Source: a virus
DNA length: 64,000 nucleotides
Reading direction: 5' to 3' (one strand)
IMG/VR virus record: IMGVR_UViG_3300021364_000006
Shown: piece after piece, positions 19,105 to 28,779 of the stretch
How positions within the stretch are numbered: the stretch's first letter is position 1
Layout: every line of letters starts with the position of its first letter
The notes under the pieces: model-generated
Told to the model about the DNA's origin: nothing
The model's database searches: none
What the model saw: only the letters and a program-made list of their open reading frames with translations
Position numbers and translations under genes: made by a program

Positions 19105-20025
19105 TTAATTATTCCCAGGATTTAAAGGAAGAGGAGTGTCGTCGCCATGTTGTTTATATAGCACAGGTACACCATCTCGTTTTAACTTTTCAGGCACTTT
19201 CTCTATATTAGCTGATGTTTCAGTTTTATCTGATCTATACTCAACATACAAATCACCAATATCTTTTCTTTCTCCATGAACAATATAAAAGTATTCTAAT
19301 TCAGATGCCTGATGACCAACTTCAATAGTATACTTTTCAGCAGTCTGTGTAATTTTTTTGACATGTAATGTACTACATGCTTTTCCAATGGGAGTGAACT
19401 GTACTGTTATGCTATCAAAGTGAACTAGTCCAGTCCAATAATCTGGAAGATCGATAGTTTTTGATTTTGTTTTTCCACGATAATAAACACCCATCTCTGG
19501 GCCTTCTAAACATGCGTGTGCAAGTCTCCAACCCTCTCCTCTAGTTGGGTGTTTGATGTCAAATTGCTTAAATGGTGCAGCGACAGCAGCGAATACACCT
19601 AGAGCTGCTTTTTGAACTGAACTGGTTATACCACCAGCAGTTGCGTTTGCTGAAGCGTTTGCTGTTGCTCCTGCCTCAACTGTTGCCCCTGCGGTAACAT
19701 TAACTGATGCTTTTACATCTGCACCTGCTTTTGAGGCAATACCAGTAACATTAAATGCGCCAATGACATTGGTAATACCTGTAAAGTTTGCTGCAATGGG
19801 TCCTACAACATTTAGTGAACATACTGCAGGAATTGGTAGTTTTGGTCCAATATTTACTGTACCTAAATCAACACCAGCACCAGGAGCAGTGCCAAAATAT
19901 GCTGGTCCAGATGCTGTGAGAAGTCCAGGTAATGCAGAAGAAAAAGTTAATCCTGAAAGAGCAGGACTGGGAATTATCCCAATATGCAATTTTCCTGTAT
20001 TAATAGCGTCGGTTGATTGTGCCAT
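19105..20025 (-). CDS. spike/fibre-associated protein with conserved C-terminal FDIKHP...CLEGPE domain
   Basis: Small-residue-rich N-terminus followed by a chaperone-like C-terminal domain. Confidence 0.6.
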   Translation of the reverse strand: MAQSTDAINTGKLHIGIIPSPALSGLTFSSALPGLLTASGPAYFGTAPGAGVDLGTVNIGPKLPIPAVCSLNVVGPIAANFTGITNVIGAFNVTGIASKAGADVKASVNVTAGATVEAGATANASANATAGGITSSVQKAALGVFAAVAAPFKQFDIKHPTRGEGWRLAHACLEGPEMGVYYRGKTKSKTIDLPDYWTGLVHFDSITVQFTPIGKACSTLHVKKITQTAEKYTIEVGHQASELEYFYIVHGERKDIGDLYVEYRSDKTETSANIEKVPEKLKRDGVPVLYKQHGDDTPLPLNPGNN

Positions 20026-20027
20026 AG

Positions 20028-20606
20028 TTATGCAATACTTCTATAGGTGTTTGAAACGCCCTGCAGGACGCCTGCCCAAGAACCACTCATGAATGATCCA
20101 ACAATACCAGCAACACTTGGAGCTCCTGAGTTCTTGATGTCCCCAATCAAATATAAAAATCCATTAGCATCAAGTACGACATCCTTTTCTCCAGTAATAC
20201 GAACTTCACCACCCTGAATCATTATAGTTTCATTAGAACTTATGGACATAATTCCATTTGATCTAATATCAATTTGACCATCCCTTCCTGGTCCCTCAGC
20301 CTCAAAGTAAATGTTCTTTCCTTTGAATTTTATATTGTCAGCAACAACTACAAAGTCACCATGGGGACAATAAATTGATTTTGCTATTTGCTCCTTAGTA
20401 CCAACACTACTTGGGTCTGTATTGCAAACCTCCTTTGATGATCCAGTAATAACTTCAGTTTTAGAACCGTTAGCCCAGTGAGTTACTGCATTTCCAGACT
20501 TTAACCATGTAGTGAGTTCACGTCCTGTAGCAGCATCATCTCTACCTGGGCCCGCAAATACTGTTGCGTTTTCATTATCAAGTAGTCTAAAAGTTCTATT
20601 ACTCAT
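20028..20606 (-). CDS. baseplate spike-associated protein (gp5 C-terminal beta-helix-like)
   Basis: Directly after gp5; repetitive beta-strand pattern. Confidence 0.55.
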   Translation of the reverse strand: MSNRTFRLLDNENATVFAGPGRDDAATGRELTTWLKSGNAVTHWANGSKTEVITGSSKEVCNTDPSSVGTKEQIAKSIYCPHGDFVVVADNIKFKGKNIYFEAEGPGRDGQIDIRSNGIMSISSNETIMIQGGEVRITGEKDVVLDANGFLYLIGDIKNSGAPSVAGIVGSFMSGSWAGVLQGVSNTYRSIA

Positions 20607-20619
20607 TGTTTACCTAGGA

Positions 20620-23271
20620 TTAGTATCCTCCGTATCCGCCACCACCACTTGGTGGGGATGGAGAAGGAGAAGGAGATGGACTTGGTGTAGGACTTGGTGT
20701 AGGACTTGGGGCAGGTGTGGGACTTGGAGTAGGAGTAGAAACAGTTTCAGAGGTGACAGTAGATGTTGTTGTCGTAGTGCTTCTACTAGGTAGATTTAGT
20801 GCATTTGCAGATGGTGTTACTGGTTCAACTGGAATTGCAGATGATGTAGATTGTACAGAAGTACTAGAGGTATTTCTTTGTACAAATGTTCCAAGTGCAG
20901 ATAAACTTTCCTCAAGAGTATCATAGATGAATGCATGTGCTCTAGGACTGTGAGCTGCACCAACCATTTTTCTTCCTTCATGCTCATGATATGGTCCATA
21001 ATATGGTTTGCCGTTGACATAACCAACTAATGGCCTTTTCTTAGAAGTACACTGTATGACAGAGAGTGTGCTATTTACATATTTACGTTGATCATCAGCG
21101 AGGAAATCAGATGCTTTCGTGAAAGCAATGATTGGTCTAAGTCTTGCACCATTACCAGTGTCACTATTTATTCCTATCTCTGGAGTATCCTTCCAACCAC
21201 AAGCTTCACCCTTAACTACAACTGCAATCAGTTGACCAGAGTCTGAATATTGTCCCTCCAATATCAAACCAGGTAATGAAGGTTCGGTAAATAATTCATC
21301 TCCAATAGCATATCCATATCCAGTTGAAAGAATCTCGACACCAACTAAACATCCAACAACGGGAACAGTGAGACGATCGTCATCATCATCAGGATCAGGA
21401 TCGGGGGTTGGTGGAGTAGGTCCTGGTGGGAATGGATCGTCATCGCCATCATCATCACCACCACCGCCGTCTCCACCACCATCGTCTCCGCCGCCACCTC
21501 CGCCGCCGCCATCATCATCATCGTCACGATCATCATCATCGGGGAGAGGTGAAGGTCCAGGTCCAGGGCCTGGTCCAGGGCCTGGTGGATTTGGAGTTAA
21601 TTCGTCTTCACCATCTGGCGTATCAATATAACCATATCCAGGATTTGTTATAATAACTCCAGTCAAACTACCATCAGAATCAATTTCAGCGTAACCAGCA
21701 CCACCATTGCCATAATTACATGGATCATTGAATGTTACAAATGGTGGATATGCATATCCAAGTCCAGAATCTTCTAGTAAAATACCAACAATACTTCCTT
21801 TGCCACTAACAACAGCGGATGCTAACGCTTCTGCTGTTGGATTTCCACCAAAAATATCAACAACTGGTGGACCGCAAGGCTGTGGATCTGTAGTACAAAC
21901 TGCTGCACCACCAGCGTTTAATCCTGCCTCATCTAACCATCCAACAATACCAGCTGTGGGATCTGGTATTTGCAATTGATCTAAGAAATTTGCATAATCA
22001 TCCTGCTGCTGTTTTGTTGGACCAGCCCAGGGACTCGAATTAAATTTAGTGACCTCCGAACATTCCTTGGTCAAACATAGGAATCCAAGAATGCCAAGAA
22101 TTAGATCAATGATTTCGGTGATTTGAGCACCAATATCTAGAACACCATCAAATAAATCCCCCAATGCTGCTAATGCAGTATCGAGAGCACTCTGTAGTTC
22201 TGCAAGAATACTATTGATCAGTGCGTTTACAAACTTCTCTGCTGCACACAGTGGAGCAGATGCCAACTTACCAAGAAGTGCTGCAAGAAAGTCTCCGATT
22301 AGTCCAGGGAGATCATCTATAATATTTTGAAAAATACAGAATAAAACGTCAAGAACCTTAGCAAATACTGAATCTTTAATATCTTTTAGAACGTCACCTA
22401 AGATAATATCAAGAGCTGCACTAACTTCTCTTCTAACAGTGCCCAGAACAAAGTTTCTAATTCTCTGTATTAACGTTCTGCAAACACCAGCAATATTATT
22501 GATGATAGTTGTAATTTGACCAGCAAAATCATATACTTTATTGATACTGCCGACCACATATGTTGCATAGTATTTTTTGACACCTTTTAATATAGATGCA
22601 ACTTTTGAGATCTCTACTTGAATTCTAGAAACAGTATCCGTTCCACAATTATTTGGTCCAGAAAATTCTTGATTTAAGTAAGTGAATTCATATGAGTCCA
22701 TCAAACTAGGAACTGCATATGAAGTATAGGTTGCATCTCCCGATGTCCTAAGATCGTATTCACCCTTTGGACTTGAAGTCTTTCCTTCCTGGTTTAAATT
22801 AGATCCAATATCTGGATTACTTTTGTCAACTCCAATTCTCCAAGTTGGAATATTTTGTCCCGCATATAAAGGTGTGGAAAGGTATGGATTTCCCGAACCA
22901 GACTTTAAATCTTCTGCAGATACTTCTGGTTGTGCGGGATCGACAGTAGAAAGAACACCGTCAATAATTGGTTGTTGGCCGTCATCGGAATCCAAAAAGT
23001 ATCCTGTGACAATTTCACCACCAACAATTCCACTGTTTACATTGTTTCCTGCACCAGTGGTGGTTGGTTTCTTGATCATCGCAACAGGAAGATCTTCATC
23101 TGGGAGGACTGCTAAGTCCTCCGTATGATAACCTAAAATTCTTACAGGTACTCTTTCCCCCCAGTTTTGTCCTTGGGAAATTTCTTTCAAGGTAATTGGA
23201 ACCTTTCCGATCCAATACCTCATGCCATCACGGCCTAGAAAATGACTAGTATAGGGGGTAAAACCTGACAT
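20620..23271 (-). CDS. baseplate hub subunit gp5-like
   Basis: N-terminal FLGRDG..WIG..VRILGYH..LP.A..GEIVTGYFLD..QQPII OB-fold motif. Confidence 0.85.
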   Translation of the reverse strand: MSGFTPYTSHFLGRDGMRYWIGKVPITLKEISQGQNWGERVPVRILGYHTEDLAVLPDEDLPVAMIKKPTTTGAGNNVNSGIVGGEIVTGYFLDSDDGQQPIIDGVLSTVDPAQPEVSAEDLKSGSGNPYLSTPLYAGQNIPTWRIGVDKSNPDIGSNLNQEGKTSSPKGEYDLRTSGDATYTSYAVPSLMDSYEFTYLNQEFSGPNNCGTDTVSRIQVEISKVASILKGVKKYYATYVVGSINKVYDFAGQITTIINNIAGVCRTLIQRIRNFVLGTVRREVSAALDIILGDVLKDIKDSVFAKVLDVLFCIFQNIIDDLPGLIGDFLAALLGKLASAPLCAAEKFVNALINSILAELQSALDTALAALGDLFDGVLDIGAQITEIIDLILGILGFLCLTKECSEVTKFNSSPWAGPTKQQQDDYANFLDQLQIPDPTAGIVGWLDEAGLNAGGAAVCTTDPQPCGPPVVDIFGGNPTAEALASAVVSGKGSIVGILLEDSGLGYAYPPFVTFNDPCNYGNGGAGYAEIDSDGSLTGVIITNPGYGYIDTPDGEDELTPNPPGPGPGPGPGPSPLPDDDDRDDDDDGGGGGGGGDDGGGDGGGGDDDGDDDPFPPGPTPPTPDPDPDDDDDRLTVPVVGCLVGVEILSTGYGYAIGDELFTEPSLPGLILEGQYSDSGQLIAVVVKGEACGWKDTPEIGINSDTGNGARLRPIIAFTKASDFLADDQRKYVNSTLSVIQCTSKKRPLVGYVNGKPYYGPYHEHEGRKMVGAAHSPRAHAFIYDTLEESLSALGTFVQRNTSSTSVQSTSSAIPVEPVTPSANALNLPSRSTTTTTSTVTSETVSTPTPSPTPAPSPTPSPTPSPSPSPSPSPPSGGGGYGGY

Positions 23272-23486
23272 TAATCTTCGTAAATTCTACATTCGTCTGC
23301 TTCTGGATTCTCATCACAGTACATTTCAAAGGCGGTGGGATCGTGATGATCTTCTGGATGTTCTTTATGATAACGCTCAAGGTGTTCCAATTCGTCAGCA
23401 GTGTGACGACGTTTCTGTGGTGAAATTGTTGGATCGTCTAGGATTTTCTTATCCTTTTCGATATGATCCTCGATAGATTTTTCCAT
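23271..23486 (-). CDS. cp12: CP12 Calvin-cycle inhibitor (phage type)
   Basis: C-terminal FEMYCDENPEADECRIYED; start moved to MEKSI. Confidence 0.9.
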   Translation of the reverse strand: MEKSIEDHIEKDKKILDDPTISPQKRRHTADELEHLERYHKEHPEDHHDPTAFEMYCDENPEADECRIYED

Positions 23487-23500
23487 GGCTTTTATGGTTG

Positions 23501-24772
23501 TTAAGACCCTAGTGTATCTCGAACTATCAATAAATGGGAATAAGATCTTGAGTTCGTGACATGGTGGCAAACTTCTTTGATAAGATACTTACCACTTAGT
23601 TTTTCATCATACTCAAATTGGCAACCAGCTTTCGATATATTTACGACAATTGTGTTGCCTGCATGTAAGTTGAGGTTTTGTGGGACTGTAATATTTAGTA
23701 TCTGACTAAAAATAGAATTATATGTAATAGGTCCTTGAACATCGAATATTGAATGATCAAAGTTCACATTCAATCTATCAGTCAATCCCTGCATATCTTG
23801 AATGCTTATATATTGTCTAGTAAACTTCAAATCTGTCGCATCTGCTGGTGGTTCATAAGTAGCATTTCCGAAGAAGGATGTTGCATCAAAGTCTTCATAG
23901 TCGAATGTGCTGTTTGCATCTGGATCTAGACCATCACTCGATGGTTTAAAATTAAATCGTTTACCACCAAATGCACCAAACATAGCTTTACTATTAAGAT
24001 TATCCGTTTGTACTTGTCTGTACTTTAGAATTCTTTTTTGAGGATCTTGTCTACCAAAAGGTGTCTTTGGTTCATATACATCATCAGCTGTGCCACCATA
24101 AGTATATGTTTCAGTGATTGGTTGATCAATCAAATCTTTCATAGATCTAAAATTATATCCTTCCCTTGTTTGATAGAAGAAAAATCCTGCAGATTTTCCA
24201 TTTTCTTCACTAGAAGTTCTAGGACAAATATCCATGATAACAGTAAATGGTTTTCTACTATTACCTTGATATGAGAAAGCAGAAGATGAAGGTGATCCCC
24301 TAAATGCTACATCTGAACCAAGATCATCTACTAAAATGCTACGAACATTTTCTGTTGTGTTTTGAGCTGGAAGTTTCCTGTAGACTCTGGTAGACTCTGA
24401 TTTGAAATGATCTGGTGATATGAAGTTAAAAAACACAAGATTTTTATCATCCTGTTGGAATACTTGTGCCGCTTCAAATACTTTTAGTGATAGATTTAAT
24501 GTCTGATTTCTTTGATTCTCAATAATTATCTCTACATTTTCTCCAGTCTTGAGTGGAAGAGCAGACATAAACGATTCATCGTACTTATCTCCATCAATCC
24601 GAGCTCTTCCAGTGTCTAGCATCAAGGTTTTTGCAGTCATCACTGGAGAGAATATATCTTCGTAGAAATAAAAATCTCCAGCAACACCAGCACTGATGTC
24701 AACTTGCCTTTCGCCATCAGCACTTGTGAGTAAGAATTTATTAATAAAAGATCTTTCTGTTGCTGATGCCAT
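23501..24772 (-). CDS. baseplate hub/tail protein (gp27-like)
   Basis: YEDIFSP, GFFFYQTREGYNFRS, SGKYLIKEVCH motifs; position before gp5. Confidence 0.65.
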   Translation of the reverse strand: MASATERSFINKFLLTSADGERQVDISAGVAGDFYFYEDIFSPVMTAKTLMLDTGRARIDGDKYDESFMSALPLKTGENVEIIIENQRNQTLNLSLKVFEAAQVFQQDDKNLVFFNFISPDHFKSESTRVYRKLPAQNTTENVRSILVDDLGSDVAFRGSPSSSAFSYQGNSRKPFTVIMDICPRTSSEENGKSAGFFFYQTREGYNFRSMKDLIDQPITETYTYGGTADDVYEPKTPFGRQDPQKRILKYRQVQTDNLNSKAMFGAFGGKRFNFKPSSDGLDPDANSTFDYEDFDATSFFGNATYEPPADATDLKFTRQYISIQDMQGLTDRLNVNFDHSIFDVQGPITYNSIFSQILNITVPQNLNLHAGNTIVVNISKAGCQFEYDEKLSGKYLIKEVCHHVTNSRSYSHLLIVRDTLGS

Positions 24773-26814
24773 TAGGTATATGCAAGTTGAATATTACCAA
24801 GCTTATTTAACATGTCTGGAGCACTCTTTGTTGAAGAAGCTATGGTCTGTGACGATGAACCGACTGGTATTGGTTGCGCCACAGGAATTTCTATGGGTAC
24901 AATTGCAACTCTCTGTCCACTTGAGGTTCTGCCTTTTGATATTGTTCTTTGATTTTCAACACCTCTAAAGTTTTTATTCATCCATGATATTGGATCGGTT
25001 GGTGGTCTGAAATTACCCGCTGAATCAGGTATATTATTTGAGATTTCCCAGTGTAAATGATCAGCATACTTATTCGGATTACCATATCCAGATCCACCAA
25101 CAGTTCCCAACATAGTTTGAGTGCCAAAACTTTGACCCTTTCTTAGTGGACTTGGCTCATTCATATGTCCAAAGAAATGATATGCATTAAACTTATCATC
25201 CTTCCATGTTACCCAATTTCCATATCCACCATCATTTGCTGCACCTAACCTTCCAGTTTGATATACTTTTCCAGGGAGATATGAAAAGAGTGGAGTGCCT
25301 CTTGAAGCACCAACATCAATACCATTATGTTTCTTTGGACCTGCCCCCAGATCACGCATACCCATACCAGAAGTAATTTTTGGTGTATATGCTCCTGGTT
25401 TACTTTTTAAAATTGGACTTGTAGGTATACTAACACTGGCAAATTGCCCTTGAGGTGCTTTTGCTCTACCAGTAGTACCACTGAGAGGCATCAAACTGCC
25501 TGATGTAGTTTGTGGTGGTGGTTGTTGTGGTTGTGCTGGAGGTGGTATTTGCTGAGTTGGGGGTGATGTTATTTTTGTTTCTGATTTTCCTAAAGGAGTT
25601 CCAGCTGCTTCATTGATAAGATCCATCCCAGCTTGATCTTTTAGCAAACCAGTTCTCTTATCCGCCGTCCAATGACTTAATCCACCACCAGGCATCGTCA
25701 ATAAAACTGCAGCCAAATAATCTTGAACGTCTGGACTAAATTTTACATTTTTTGAAATGTTGGCATATCTTAAGGTGTCTTGTAAAGTACCACTTAAAAA
25801 CTGATATCTTCCAGCAGCATGTATGAAACCCTGATTATTTTGTCGGCTCAGATTTTGTGCTGCCAAAATTTCAGCAATCGTCATATCAGTGAGATTCTTT
25901 CCAATGATCCCAGCTGAGGGTCCACTCGCTGGTGTTCTTCCACCAGAATCTGGGATGGTTCCCTGATTCATTGCATTATAGTTTCCAGAACCTGCTGATT
26001 CATATTCAGATATTTTATTCAGAGCCTGAATATGAATTGGTTTTAATCTACCCCTATAATTTGTACCAGAAGGTCCAGAAGGAGTTGTTGGTTCTTCGGG
26101 TCTTTGTTGTGCTTGTCCCTGTCCAGAACCATCTGGATTACCACCAGGACCATAATACTCTGGTTCCTTCTCTGGTTTTTGTTCTTCTTTCTCTGGTGGT
26201 TTTGTTAGGTTTTGAACATTGAATAATGCATCTTCCCAATTTGTCCCTAAAGATTCAACTGCCGCTTCTAAATTATCTACTTCTTTCTGAAGTTTTCCTT
26301 CTTTATCAGTAAAGTCAAAATTCTTTATGTTAGTTATTGCTTGAGTTACAACTCCTTTTAATCCACCGATGATATTTCTAATATCTTGGATCATTCGTTT
26401 TGCAGCTTGGACAATATTTCCAATACGAACTTTCAATGTTTCAATTAGTGCTAGGATTCTAGGTAGTTCTCCAACTAACCAACCGAGGAGTAGATATCCC
26501 AGGGCATTCATAATTCTACCCAAGAAACCTTTACCCTTATTGAGAGTTCTGGATACCAGTCCAGATCCTGGTACTGAACTTGCTTCTAGTGCAGATTCTC
26601 TATTTCTTCTCTCTTGTCTAAACCTGAAAAGTTGATTTAATCTTCTTTCTTTTCTGTATATTGTCGTGCCAATATTATCCCTCTTTCTGAATACATTTAC
26701 AGCTTTAATTGATGCCTTTCTAGCACCAATCGTACTCTTCCTGAGAGTCAATAGATTATCATCTAATGAGGATCTCTTGAATGTATCTCGTAGTAGCGCA
26801 GATGAAAGTGACAT
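24772..26814 (-). CDS. virion protein with lysozyme-like and M23 peptidase domains
   Basis: AAGRYQFL (lambda-R-like) and HNGID...GGYGN...HLHWE (M23). Confidence 0.8.
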   Translation of the reverse strand: MSLSSALLRDTFKRSSLDDNLLTLRKSTIGARKASIKAVNVFRKRDNIGTTIYRKERRLNQLFRFRQERRNRESALEASSVPGSGLVSRTLNKGKGFLGRIMNALGYLLLGWLVGELPRILALIETLKVRIGNIVQAAKRMIQDIRNIIGGLKGVVTQAITNIKNFDFTDKEGKLQKEVDNLEAAVESLGTNWEDALFNVQNLTKPPEKEEQKPEKEPEYYGPGGNPDGSGQGQAQQRPEEPTTPSGPSGTNYRGRLKPIHIQALNKISEYESAGSGNYNAMNQGTIPDSGGRTPASGPSAGIIGKNLTDMTIAEILAAQNLSRQNNQGFIHAAGRYQFLSGTLQDTLRYANISKNVKFSPDVQDYLAAVLLTMPGGGLSHWTADKRTGLLKDQAGMDLINEAAGTPLGKSETKITSPPTQQIPPPAQPQQPPPQTTSGSLMPLSGTTGRAKAPQGQFASVSIPTSPILKSKPGAYTPKITSGMGMRDLGAGPKKHNGIDVGASRGTPLFSYLPGKVYQTGRLGAANDGGYGNWVTWKDDKFNAYHFFGHMNEPSPLRKGQSFGTQTMLGTVGGSGYGNPNKYADHLHWEISNNIPDSAGNFRPPTDPISWMNKNFRGVENQRTISKGRTSSGQRVAIVPIEIPVAQPIPVGSSSQTIASSTKSAPDMLNKLGNIQLAYT

Positions 26815-26819
26815 TTAGA

Positions 26820-28601
26820 TTATCTTCCTGGTATTTTCACATTAAAATTTCTTTCCGCAATTCCCGCATAAGGATTTTGAGGATTATATGAGAGAACATC
26901 TGGAACTTCATCATCAATAGTATTATGTTTTCCTACTGGATTCATAAATCGTTCTTTCATTCTGTTCATGTCTTCAGTGAATTGAGCATCAATTGCCCTT
27001 TCACCCTCTCTACTTGCTTGATTCACTTGTGCTGCTTTTTGCTCTCCAGATGGAACTGGATTAATTGGTGATACTGGAGCACCTTCAATAGCTGCAGCAC
27101 CCTGTGAAAGTGATTCAGGTGATCCAGCTTCGGATGCTCCTGGTATTGCAGGAGTTTGGCGGTGTAATTCTGCCAGCGCCCCTTCAACAGAATCAACATC
27201 ACCATCAGAAGTTTCAGGTTTTTTCATTAACCCTACATCCTGTAGAACTTTTGTGATTGGATCATTCACACCTTTGAAGAAATTGTCCAAATTCAACGAA
27301 TCGTAATTTGAATCTAAGAATGGTGTGACAAAAGTAGATCCCAAGTATTGACCCAACGCACCACCGCCGATTGCACCTGCAATAGCAGCCAAGAATGCTC
27401 CTGGTCCAGTGGTAAGACCAAGTAATCCAGCTAATCCACCACCAATTTTAGCACCGCCCAACGTCAGCATCATTTCTGGTATCATGGGACCAACTGCTTT
27501 GCTGGGAGTCATTCCCTGATCAAGTCTACCTTTGATTGCGCTACCAATATATGCAATTTTTAAAGCAGTGCCTAAGAAACTGATAAATCCAGGACTTCTA
27601 AGAACAGCCTTGATTCCATTACCAAGTTTATTTTTTCCACCACGAAGCAATTCAAATAAACGTTGAATAGCAGTGTTCTTAGTTAGTTTTGGTGGTGCTG
27701 ATGGTGGTTGTGGGTTAGTAAGTCTAGGATTTCCAGGCCTGGGTGGAACTTGTTGATTTCCTGATGGTGGTTTTGGTGGTCTTGGTTGTGTTCCTTGGCC
27801 ACCAGTTGATGGTGGTGGTACTGGTGATCGTCCTTGCCCACCAGTTGATGGTGGCGTTGGTGTTTTTGGTTGTTTTGGTGTTACTGGTGGTGTTTTTCCC
27901 TTCCCACCTGGTGTTGTTGGTGGTGTTTTTGGTGGTTTTGGCGTTACTGGTGGTTTCTTGGGTAATAATCTACCAAAGATTAAATTAAATCCACCTTTTA
28001 ATATCCAACCACCAATCTTCAGTGCTAAACCACCAATTGTGGTAATTAGACCAAGGACACCACCACTCAATATTGCAAATATACCACCAGCAACTGCTAA
28101 TCCATTTATAAGTTCTTGTTTTAATTTTTCAAGTTCGTTTGTATTTCCTTCTGCATCCGCCCGAAATATTTTGAGTAGTTTGGTAGTTAACCATCCACCA
28201 AAGAGAAATAGTAAAGCCTTCTTTAAATCAAATAGTTTGTTCTGAACTGCACCTTGAATTTTTCTGACAGGTTTCATCAATGCAGAGGTGATCTTTCCCT
28301 CTACAACATCTTCTGATCTTCCAAATGCAGTTCTTTCTGCATCTACTAATCTAGTTCTTCTTTCTTGATTAGCTCTTGCTTGTTCCTTTACAGTCTCACC
28401 TTGAATCGCTGCAGTGAGAGTATTGAGATTAGTTGAAATAGCAACAATATTTCTATTGATGCTTGTTAATTGTTTACCTAAAAAAGTATATACCTGCGTC
28501 TGTTGAGCATTATTTTGCTTCTCAACAGCTAAAATGGCATCCTGAGTTCCTTCCGTATTACCAGCTGGTAGTAGTTTTTGTGGATTTACTCTAGATGCCA
28601 T
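26820..28601 (-). CDS. tape-measure/baseplate hub-like protein
   Basis: Coiled-coil, Gly/Ala-rich hydrophobic helices and a Pro-rich linker; follows gp26/gp51. Confidence 0.55.
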   Translation of the reverse strand: MASRVNPQKLLPAGNTEGTQDAILAVEKQNNAQQTQVYTFLGKQLTSINRNIVAISTNLNTLTAAIQGETVKEQARANQERRTRLVDAERTAFGRSEDVVEGKITSALMKPVRKIQGAVQNKLFDLKKALLFLFGGWLTTKLLKIFRADAEGNTNELEKLKQELINGLAVAGGIFAILSGGVLGLITTIGGLALKIGGWILKGGFNLIFGRLLPKKPPVTPKPPKTPPTTPGGKGKTPPVTPKQPKTPTPPSTGGQGRSPVPPPSTGGQGTQPRPPKPPSGNQQVPPRPGNPRLTNPQPPSAPPKLTKNTAIQRLFELLRGGKNKLGNGIKAVLRSPGFISFLGTALKIAYIGSAIKGRLDQGMTPSKAVGPMIPEMMLTLGGAKIGGGLAGLLGLTTGPGAFLAAIAGAIGGGALGQYLGSTFVTPFLDSNYDSLNLDNFFKGVNDPITKVLQDVGLMKKPETSDGDVDSVEGALAELHRQTPAIPGASEAGSPESLSQGAAAIEGAPVSPINPVPSGEQKAAQVNQASREGERAIDAQFTEDMNRMKERFMNPVGKHNTIDDEVPDVLSYNPQNPYAGIAERNFNVKIPGR

Positions 28602-28779
28602 TTGCTTGTTTGCGTTTCAGTTCTTCTTCTTCCAAATATGCTAAGAGGAGAGAAACATATACTTCTCTTTCCCATGGCATCATGTTTTCTAACTCCGTCA
28701 AACTGTATTTATGATGCTGCATCAAGGCAAAATTAGTTTGGAAATACGAAGTTAGAGATTCATGTGCCAGGGCTACGCG
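28591..28779 (-). CDS. gp51-like baseplate hub assembly segment; probably reached by -1 frameshift from gp26
   Basis: SYFQTNFALMQHHKYSLTELENMMPWEREVY; the 5' part of the frame has no ATG (first ATG at 28722). Confidence 0.75.
   Translation of the reverse strand, partial: RVALAHESLTSYFQTNFALMQHHKYSLTELENMMPWEREVYVSLLLAYLEEEELKRKQANGI

Noticed and set aside
21426-21653. Poly-His plus-strand ORF
   Set aside because: Reverse reading of GAT/GGT codon runs in gp5
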